A stretch of 64,000 nt of DNA from Eledone cirrhosa (taxonomy: Eukaryota): assembly GCA_964016885.1 (NCBI GenBank), contig OZ024741.1:99014001-99078000 (forward strand), given 5' to 3'. Made by a program: the position numbers and the translations under genes. The first letter of the stretch is position 1. Each line of letters starts with the position of its first letter. Positions 54,667 to 64,000 of this stretch are shown here, piece by piece. The notes beneath the pieces are model-generated. The model saw nothing but the letters and a program-made list of their open reading frames with translations, was not told the origin of the DNA and searched no databases.

Positions 54667-55708
54667 AATATAATTTTTTTTTTTCGTGTGAGGCTTTGTA
54701 GTTTGTAGTTGTTTATGAAATATCTTTTACACCTCCTACGTTCGTGATAATTTTTAACGTTGTTTCACTGATATTTTAATCATTCTGTTAATAACCTATT
54801 CCTATTTAACTTTATAGTGTTATCTATAAGGATTACAGTTCCAATGACCTGAAATATGAAACACATTAGAAGAGGTCATAGAAATCTTAAGTATAATGTA
54901 ATAATTGTTTCTACGTTAGGCACAAGGCCAGCAAATACCCAGTTTATTACTGCTACTTTATTTTATCGACCCCGTAAGGATGAAAGGCAAAGTTAACCTC
55001 GACGGGATTTGAACTCAGAATGGCAAGGGCCGTTGAAATAATAAAGATGTATCACATCTAGGCGGACAAGCTTGAATTGTGTAAATAAGGAAAGAAAGAA
55101 GAAGAACCGGAAGGGTAGGGGATGACAATAGCTCTGGTGTTGGAGAAGAGAGGGGGTGGGGGGTGAGGGTGATTGATCTTTGGGCCTAGGTCAACAGGAC
55201 AGAAGTGCTGCGCTCCGCTGACAAGACGGCAAAAGTATTCCCCCTGACGATGGTCAATGACAGCCGCTGCAACAACCAGCCGATCACGCGGGGCTCCCTC
55301 CTGTGACGAGCCGCTGACGCTACGATCTTGCGGAGGAGCTCGGCAGTATGGGGTACAAGTACGTCTGATGTCTCAATGGTGACCGGTGCCTAGAGGAAGC
55401 GGCCGGAAAAACCCGGTATATGTTTATTTTGCGTTCTTCTGCGAAGCAGGCTGCAATGCCGGGGTTTGTGGCCGAAGCGACTAAGTTGGAGGCGGAACCT
55501 CGCAAAGATCAGCTATATGAGTAGTAAGTAAACACAACTATGGATAAGAAGTCAACATATAAAATATTTCATATACGTAATTCGAAATATGTGACTGATA
55601 TATCCCATCATATCTGAGAATATGAAGTCTTATTGTTAACTTCGCCTGACTAGTCTATCCTGTGTTATCTTAAAATAAAGAGTCTAAGTGACAGCTAGAA
55701 TTCTATCC

Positions 55709-55785
55709 GCCTGCATAGCTCAGACTTTTATAGCATATACTGTGAAGGTATCTGAGGGTCACCGTTTCAAGTCTCTCTGCGTGCG
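55709..55785 (+). pseudogene. tRNA-Lys pseudogene, D-arm deleted; a separate 3' fragment at 55857-55877
   Basis: 15-nt deletion between two TCAG repeats. Confidence 0.85.
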
Positions 55786-56219
55786 AATGCAATTTTTTTT
55801 CCATTAGACTCTTCGTGGTTTGTATTCATTTATGAAATATGTTTTAGATATCCCAAGTTCAAGTCCCTCTGCGGGCGAATATAAGCTTTTTTTTATGAGA
55901 GTCTTTGTGGTTTGTATTCGTTTATGAAATACGTTTTAGATATCCCAAGTTCCGGATAATTTTAGTTTTTGTTGTTTAAGGTTGTTTCAAATATGTTCTA
56001 ATAATTCTATTAAGAACCTATTCCCATTTAACTTTACATTGTTACATATAAGGACTACAGTTCCAATGACCTGAAATATTAAATGCATTTGAAGAGATAA
56101 TAGAAATCTTCAGTATAATGAAATGATAAAGATATACACAGAACTAGACGGACAAACTTGAATTATGTGTAAATAAGTCTTCAGGAAGAATAGTTTATTC
56201 ACAAAATATATAAGAAAGA

Positions 56220-56900
56220 AAATAGGTTTATTTACAATACTTTATAACTTTGCCTATTAATCCGTATGGTGAGCAAAGTGGGGCCACGTGCTGGCCTCCC
56301 CACAGGCCCGGCGGACAGGATGGCGAAGGCGTTTCCCCGGAGGATGGTAAGGGAGATGCGCTGGAAGAGCCATTCCAACTCACGAGGCTCACAGCTGTGG
56401 CTGGCCAGTCCAGCGCCTATGGTGGTGAGTAGGGAGGTAGCCCTAGGGCCAAGGACACCAGAAGTCTCAACTGCCAAGGGCATGTCCACGAATCTGTCGG
56501 AGAGCGACCGGTACTTGGAGAGTTTGGCCTCCTCAGCCCAACGTGCAGCAGAACCTGGGTTAGTCGCAGACTGCACTAGGTTACGGCTGGAGAAAGTGTC
56601 GCTGCAAGTGGCATACCAGACGAGGGCTTTGCCACCGCGGAACGGGAAAATGGTCATACCGTCTGGCCTTTTGCTATCCCTTCGGTCCAGCCCCACCGGC
56701 TCGAGCTGGGAGGGGAAGCCTGCAGCATCCAAGCCATGCTTAATGACCTCGTTGAGGGCAGTGTGGCGTGGAAGGCGGCCAGCACTGTGGCGACAGGAAA
56801 GCGGGTGGTGTCCGAAATAGACCACGGTGGATCCACAGTGACATTTATGTGGCTCGCAGATCCGGAGTCCAAGCCTCAAGGAAACGCCGATGTGCAGGCT
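56220..56900 (-). mobile_element. CRE-like 5'-truncated retrotransposon with an open RLE domain (ORF 56232-56879)
   Basis: CHC...H...C knuckle, RH, RPD, E..K..KY, PLAVETSG and WLFQRISLTILRGN; interrupts aagaaag|tatcgtc, with an empty paralogous site at ~58314. Confidence 0.88.
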
Positions 56901-57074
56901 ATCGTCTTTTATATCTCAGCTTCCGGGCGTTTGAAACGTTTCTTGAAGAACTGTAACAACATGGTAATGAATGCGTACACCGATCAATGTTTACAATACA
57001 GTATTAGGATAACTGTCAATAGATCATACTTTACAATTCACACAATGAGGTCACATATATGATTATTATATGTA

Positions 57075-57735
57075 CTAGCAGAAAAACCAACCTTCGGGTG
57101 GTATCTGCTGGCATATGCAGTGTGTATATTGATATTATACGCAAGTAGATATAGATATTATATGCATGTAGATATGATACATCAAATAAAATCGTAATTG
57201 GCAATATACACAGAAATTGAAAGAAGACTGTGTTACACTCTCTTAAGTAATCAGTAACGTAATCTATGATACATTAAAAAAAGACGATAATATATATAAA
57301 CTGTATTAGGAGAAAATTAGTGACGGAAATATATATATGTTTATTCAAGCGATCGCTAACCGGAAGTTTTGACGTTTGAAAATGTTAAAGAAGTGAATTT
57401 TTAAATAAACAATAATATATATATAATCAACAGCCACGAAATTTAGTAGATAAATTATATAAAATTCATTCATTATTTATTCAAAGTAATAGGGCGGTGG
57501 ATTGGCAGTATCGGTAGAGGGTCGGGCACCATGCTTTCCAGCATAGTTACGTCCCTTTACGATCTGAGTTCAAATCCCGCCGAGGTTGACTTTGCCTTTC
57601 AACCTTACGGGGTCGATAAAATAAAGAACCAGTAATGCACTGGATAATTGCTGGCCTTGTGCCTAAAGTAGAAACAATTATTTATTCAAAGTAATCCAAC
57701 TTATTTTACTAATGGGTTAAAAAAAAAACTTGTTT
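57075..57735 (-). mobile_element. Helitron-like non-autonomous insertion with a nested SINE
   Basis: Minus strand ends in hairpin accacccgaaggttggt then ...CTAG|T; empty paralogous site tgtactatcaaattg at ~58487. Confidence 0.5.
57491..57680 (+). mobile_element. Full-length tRNA-derived SINE with TSD
   Basis: A box tggcagtatcgg, B box gagttcaaatcc; flanked by tttattcaaagtaat direct repeats. Confidence 0.92.
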
Positions 57736-57879
57736 ATCAAATTGTTGCAGAGTAAACTTTATCATATATCTCAGTCGATAGAGCTCAACCTTCTACAGCT
57801 TGATTTTTTTAGATATCTGACTTGTCTATCTTGTGTTATCTAAAAATAATATGTATAAGTGACAGCTCCAATATCGTCC

Positions 57880-57971
57880 GCCCGCATAGCTCAGTCGGTA
57901 GAGCATCAGACTTTTATAGCAAGTACTGTGAAGGTATCTGAGGGTCGCGGGTTCAAGTCCCTCTGCGGGCG
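57880..57971 (+). tRNA. tRNA-Lys(TTT) with 19-nt intron, intact
   Basis: Consensus exons; intron tagcaagtactgtgaaggt. Confidence 0.93.
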
Positions 57972-59768
57972 AATATAAGCTTCTCTTTTTATGAGAGTCT
58001 TTGTGGTTTGTATTCGTTTATGAAATACGTTTTAGATATCCCAAGTTCCGGATAATTTTAGTTTTTGTTGTTTAAGGTTGTTTCAAATATGTTTTAATAA
58101 TTCTATTAATAACCTATTCCCGTTTAACTTCATAGTGTTACTTATAAGGACTACAGTTCCAATGACCTGAAATATGAATCACATTAGAAGAGATAATAGA
58201 AATCTTAAGTATAATGAAATAATAAAGATATACACAGAACTAGGCGGACAAGCTTGAATTATGTGTAAATAGATCTTCAACAAGAATAGTTTATTTACAA
58301 AATATATAAGAAAGTATCGTCTTTCATATCTCAGCTTCCAGGCGTTTCGAAGCGATTCTTCACAAACTGTAACGAGATTGAAATGAATTGCGTACAACGA
58401 TCATATTTTATAATACAATATTAGGATAACTGTAATAGATCATACTTTACAATTCACACAATGAGGCTACATATATGATTATTATATGTACTATCAAATT
58501 GTTGCAGAGTAAACTTCGTCATATATCTCAGTCGATAGAGCTTCAACATTCTACAGCTTGATTTTTTGAGATATCTGTAGCCGATGCAATTCTTTTATAA
58601 GATTTATGAAATAAATATTTTCGGATAGTTTCACCATCTATTTAATTTAATATAGCGTTAACAGAAGGAATTACTATTAAATATCAAAAGCTATCGCTGT
58701 AGTATAAGCCTCATCAGTACCTTTAATCAAGTCTATCCACATAGGTCACTTGGGTGAGAATCAACCTCTTCCAGGTTAAAATGTGGAAATATCTAATTGT
58801 AACATATATCTGTATTATTATCACAATAATTTTCGTGTCTGACAATAAACACAACCAGTACTGTATTCTATATTTGAATCAATTGCCTTTCCTTAGGTGG
58901 TGAAATATTAAGAACAAAAGCTATCGCTGTAGTGAAACCTTTGTCAGTAGTTTTTATCGGTTGACCATCAAACCCAAACTATTAAAAATGTGGAACTTTC
59001 TGTGTGTCACGGGTTCGAGTACCTCTTTTGTCGATGTAATTCTTTTATTCGTGAAAGTATTTATAAAATACGCATTTCGCATGTTAATTTACTGATCTAT
59101 TCACTATTTATTTAATTTATTATACAGTCATTTTAGTTTTTATACAGTTTTGATATGATTACCATTACAATATCTAATCCCTGTTCTTGTGAAGTTGTGA
59201 CTTATCTAATAGTGTAGAGTATGTCCAATAGTCTACTCCATAGTTTCGGAGGAATAAAATCAGAGATGTCTTCTGAGAAAGTTTCTAACAGCAATGAGAA
59301 ATATTATTTATTATAACAATTTTTGAGACAGATTCGTCAAAAAATATCTACCTTAAACTATGTTGCAATAAATTTAGGTATAAAACCAATTAAGACAGCA
59401 GAATAACTACCGCAACATTTTATCATATAACTATATTATTATCACAACAATATTATTCGCTAAGGCAAGAAATTTAAATTTCACCAAATAGAACATATAT
59501 TACACATCGCTTGTGAGAATTACACGGACGAAACTCCAATGGAACCTCGCAAATATCAGCAATATGAGTAGTAAGTAAACACAATGATGTGTTCTAACTA
59601 TGGATAAGAAGTCAAAATATAAAATATTATATATCCGTAACATGAAATATGTGACTGATATATCCCATCATATCTGAAAATATGAAGCCTTATTGTTAAC
59701 TACGCCTGACGAATCTATCCTGTGTTATCTGAAAATAAAGAGTGTAAGTGACAGCTTGAATATTGTCC

Positions 59769-59860
59769 GCCCGCATAGCTCAGTCGGTAGAGCATCAGAC
59801 TTTTATGACGTATATTGTGAAGGTATCTGAGGGTCGCGGGTTCAAGTCCCTCTGCGGGCG
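59769..59860 (+). tRNA. tRNA-Lys(TTT) with 19-nt intron, intact
   Basis: Consensus exons; intron tgacgtatattgtgaaggt; oligo-T terminator. Confidence 0.93.
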
Positions 59861-60000
59861 AATATAATTTTTTTTTCCATGGGTGTCTTCGTGGTTTGTA
59901 TTTGTTTATGAAATATGTTTATATATCCCATGTTCCGGATAATTTTAGTTTTTGTTCTTTAACATTGTTTCACTGATATTATATTCATTCTATTAATGAC

Positions 60001-60093
<93 letters not shown>

Positions 60094-60118
60094 CCCTCTC
60101 TCTCTTTCTCTCTCTCTC
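60001..60118. repeat. (CT)n microsatellite
   Basis: Direct reading. Confidence 0.95.
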
Positions 60119-60119
60119 G

Positions 60120-60575
60120 TGAAGCTAAACTCCGCTAGTTGCAGATGCTCATCAACATGAGATATTTTTCTCCACAAAGTTTCATCACCAGCAGCTGAGT
60201 TTACAGAGCGATGATCAAGTCCAGTCCATAGACTGCCGGCCTCTGCTTCTCTTACCTGCCAATCTTCCTTCCAGGCATAACCTACTCACACCACGAGTTG
60301 ATCTTTTTATATGGCCGTATATTTTGAGTACTCTTGACTTGACAATTCATGTAATTGGTCAAAGTTTGGTAATGTTAAGCAGCTCACTGATACAGATACA
60401 GTTACCTAGACGCTTGCCAGTCATAAGTCTTATGATGTTGTTCTGGAATGTAGAGAGCTTCTGAAGTGACCATGTCGTCCAATTAACACAGTCAAGACCA
60501 TATAACACAACTGGTAGGATGTAATTATCAAAGATCTTAGCCTTCAAATGATAGGAAACTCGTTTTGATTTACAA
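60120..60575 (-). mobile_element. RTE-like LINE 3' fragment ending at the (GA)n run
   Basis: LKAKIFDNYILPVVLYGLDCVNWT motif. Confidence 0.7.
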
Positions 60576-60850
60576 GTAGAACATACACTACACATCACTT
60601 GTGAGAATTACACGGACGAAACTCCAATGGAACCTGACAAAGACCAGCTATATGAGTAGTAAGTAAACACAATGATGTGTTCTATCTTTGGATAAGAAGT
60701 CAAAATATATAATATTTGATATCCGTAATTCGAAATATGTGACTGAAAATTATATCTGAAAATATGAAGTCTTATTGTTAACTACGCCTGACTAGTCTAT
60801 CCTGTGTTATTTAAAAATAAAGAGTCTAAGTGACAGCTTGATTATTGTCC

Positions 60851-60942
60851 GCCCGCATAGCTCAGTCGGTAGAGCATCAGACTTTTATAGCATATATTGT
60901 GAAGGTATCTGAGGGTCGCGGGTTCAAGTCCCTCTGCGGGCG
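60851..60942 (+). tRNA. tRNA-Lys(TTT) with 19-nt intron (60888-60906), intact
   Basis: Consensus exons; intron tagcatatattgtgaaggt; long oligo-T terminator. Confidence 0.94.
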
Positions 60943-62442
60943 AAGATTTTTTTTTTTTTCGTGGGAGGCTTCGTTTATGAAATAGGTTTTATATTTCCTA
61001 AATTCCTGATGATTTTTGGTTTTGTTGCTTAAGTTGTCTCACTGATATTTTAATAATTCTATTAATAACGTATTTTTTTTAAACTTTATAGTGTTACATA
61101 TAAGTGTTGTGTTTTCAGATCAACGTTTGTTTCTTTGGGCAACTGAGCGAGAGTTATTTTTTCTATTGCCTAAATGGGGAGGGATTAGCGATACGCCTTT
61201 ACTTTTACTATCTTTCACGGGGAGGTGCTGAGATGTGAGTGTGAATTCATAAACATTGACGAGAGAATCTGACATGGCGGAAGCATATCTTCGAATAATA
61301 GCTAAGCTACAATGAATAAGACTAGCCTGTTCGTGCCAATGACAACGAGTATTGGGTTCATAATCAAATGCAGTGGTTATCAGCATGTCAAGAATTTGAT
61401 ATTTCACTACTGGAAACCGTTATGTTTAAACAAATCAATGACGATCTTCCCAAGCACCTGCCCGTTCTTACTTGGAAATCCGTACACAACAATAAGGATT
61501 ACAGTTCCAATAACCTAAAATATGAAACACATTAGAAGAGGTAATAGAAATCTTAAGTATAAAGATATATACAATACTAGGCGGACAAGCTTGAATTATG
61601 TGTAAATAAGTCTTCAACAAGAATAGTTTATTTACAAAATATATAGGAAAGTATCGTCTTTTATATCTCAGCTTCCGGGCGTTTCAAAGCGATTCTTCAC
61701 AAACTGTAACGACATTGAAATGAAATACGTACAACGATCATATTTTACAATACAATATTCGGATAACTGTAATAGATCATACTTTACAATTCAAACAATG
61801 AGGCTACATATATGATTATTATATGTACTATCAAATTGTTGCTGAGTCAACTTCGTCATATATCTCAGTCGATAGAGCTTCAACATTCTACAGCTTAATT
61901 TTTTTGAGATACAATTCTTTTATCAGTCGATGCAATTCTTTTATAAGATTTATGAAATAAATATTTTCGGATAGTTTCACCATCTATTTTATTTAATATA
62001 GTGTTAACAGAAGGAATTACTATTAAATATTTCCAGTTTTTAATACTATTAAATATTAAAAACTATCGCTGTAGTATAAGAATCATCCGTACCTTAAATC
62101 AAGGCTATCCACATAGGTCACTTGGTTGCGCATCAACCTCTTCCAGCTTAAAATGTGGAAATATCTACAGTAGCAACATATTTCTTTATTATTGTCACAA
62201 TCATTTTCGGTGTTGAAAATAAACAGAACCAATACTGTAATCTATATTTGAATCAATTGCCTTTCCTTAGGTGGTGAAATATTAAGAACAAAAGCTATCG
62301 CTATAGTGAAACCATTGTCAGTAGATTTCATCAGTTAGCCATCAAACCCGAAATGTTAAAACTATGGAACTTACTATATGTCACTGGTGCAAGTACCTAT
62401 TTTATAAAAACAATTAAGACAGCAGAATAACTACCGCAAAAT

Positions 62443-62750
62443 TTCTGGTGTCCTTGGCCCTAGGACTACCTACCTACTTACCACCATAGGTGCTGAGCTG
62501 TCTAAACGCATGTGTGAGCCTCGCGAGATACAATGGCTCTTCCAGCGCAGCTCCCTAACCATCCTCCGGGGAAATGCCTTCTCCATTCTGTCCGCCGGGC
62601 TGTGGGACGCCCAGCAAGTGGGACCCCATTCGCTCATAATACAGAGAGATGGGAAGAGCGAGAGAGGTGGAGGCGATGACAGTGGGAGTTCGACACTTCC
62701 GTGTTCGAACACATTTATCAATTCTATGTTGCTGTTGATAATTACGAACG
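62443..62750 (+). mobile_element. CRE-like 3' fragment
   Basis: SGVLGPR...EPREIQWLFQRSSLTILRGNAFSIL; empty paralogous site at ~59415-59430. Confidence 0.8.
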
Positions 62751-63095
62751 AATAAACTATCTTATTATCACGACAATATTATTCGCTAATGCGAGAAATG
62801 TAAATTTCACCAAATAGAACATACACTACACATCGCTTATGAGAATTACACGGACGGAACTGAAATGGAACCTCACAAATACCAGCAATATCAGTAGTAA
62901 GTAAACACTATGATGTGTTCTATCTATGGATAAGAAGTCAAACTAAAAAAATATTTCATATCCGTAATTCGAAATATGTGACTGATATATCCCATCATAT
63001 CTGAAAATATGAAGTCTTATTGTTAACTACGCCTGACTAGTCTATCTCGTGTTGTCAGAAAATAAAGAGTGTAAGTGACAACTAGAATATTGTCC

Positions 63096-63187
63096 GCCCG
63101 CATAGCCCAGTTGGTAGAGCATCAGACGTTTATAACATATATTGTGAAGGTATCTGAGGGTCGCGGTTTCAAGTCCCTCTGCGGGCG
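63096..63187 (+). pseudogene. Intron-containing tRNA-Lys pseudogene
   Basis: T12C, U33G and G53T. Confidence 0.8.
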
Positions 63188-63420
63188 CAGATTTTTTTTT
63201 TTTTTTTTTTTCGTGTGAGGCTTCGTGGAAATATGTTTCATATATCCCAATAAATTTAGCTTTTGTTGTTTAACGTTGTTTCACTGATATTTTAATCAAT
63301 CTATTAATAACCTATTCCTATTTAACGTTATAGTGTTACATTTAAATTTATAGTGTTACAAGTATTACAGTTCCAATGACCTGAACTAGAAGAGGTAATC
63401 GAAATCATAATTATAATGAA

Positions 63421-63778
63421 ATAATTGTTTCTACTTTTAGCAGGAGGCCGCAATTATCCCAGTACATTGTACTTTATTTTATCGACCCCATATGGATGAA
63501 AGGCAAAGTTAACGTCGTCAGGATTTGAAATCAGACGGAAAAGGGGCGTAACTCTATGCTACAAAGCATGGCGTCCGGCCCTCTGTCGATACTCCCAATC
63601 CACCGCCCTTATAATGAAAAACATTGTTTCTACTTTTGGCACAAGGCCAGCAATTATCCCAGTGAGGATGAAAGGCAAACTTAACCTCGGCGGGATTTGA
63701 CTCAGACCATAAAGGGCCGTAACTCTTTGCTGCAAAGGATGGTGTCCGACCCTCTACTGATACTGCCAATCCACCACC
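63421..63778 (-). mobile_element. Two tandem SINE copies
   Basis: Family match; ttataatgaaa repeated at the junctions. Confidence 0.8.
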
Positions 63779-64000
63779 AAAGATATACTAGGCGGACAAA
63801 CTTGAATTATGTTTAAATAAGTCAACAAGAATAGTTTATTTACAAAATATATAGGAAAATATATAGGAAAATATTTTCTTCGGGTCTTGAAAGCGATTCC
63901 TCACAAACTGTAACGACATTGAAATGAATGCGTACACCGATCATATTTTATAACACAATATTAGGATAACTGTGAATAGATCATACTTTACAATTCACAC

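Larger units (their letters stand above)
35097..55497. repeat. Tandem segmental array, ~4.3 units (starts at ~35097, 39895, 44645, 48931, 54310)
   Basis: ORFs recur at exact 4750-bp offsets (39482/44232, 41041/45791, 42363/47113); unit lengths vary through indels. Confidence 0.93.

Noticed and set aside
36186-56820. Plus-strand ORFs such as 41041-41364 and 56266-56820
   Set aside because: They are antisense shadows of the minus-strand retrotransposon RLE frame.
9804-63187. Reading the genes as TTA ochre suppressors or long-variable-arm tRNAs
   Set aside because: The TCAGA/TCTGA stem places CT-TTT-A in the loop once 19 nt are removed. The extra sequence lies inside the anticodon loop, not the variable arm, and the body is Lys-type.
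7375-63187. tRNA-Lys copies as a SINE family
   Set aside because: They have no tails or TSDs, the intron is retained, and hundreds of bp of both flanks are co-duplicated, indicating DNA-level duplication.

Overview
AT-rich eukaryotic (animal) genomic DNA with no convincing host protein-coding gene. The abundant tRNA-derived SINE resembles octopus/cephalopod SINEs; this is inference from memory, not from a search. The dominant feature is a cluster of roughly 35-40 copies and relics of one tRNA-Lys(UUU) gene with a 19-nt intron at the canonical 37/38 position. Seven copies have identical, fully intact exons but different introns, about six more are near-intact, and the rest are decaying. The genes lie in kb-scale segmental duplications, including a ~4.3-5.4 kb (core period 4750 bp) tandem array at ~35.1-55.5 kb in which each unit holds a convergent tRNA pair. 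The cluster is interspersed with 3' fragments of CRE-like (restriction-like endonuclease, RLE) non-LTR retrotransposons, plus SINEs, a Tigger/pogo transposon, a solo LTR, RTE/CR1 fragments, Helitron-like pieces and microsatellites. All coordinates were read by eye; repeat boundaries are approximate.
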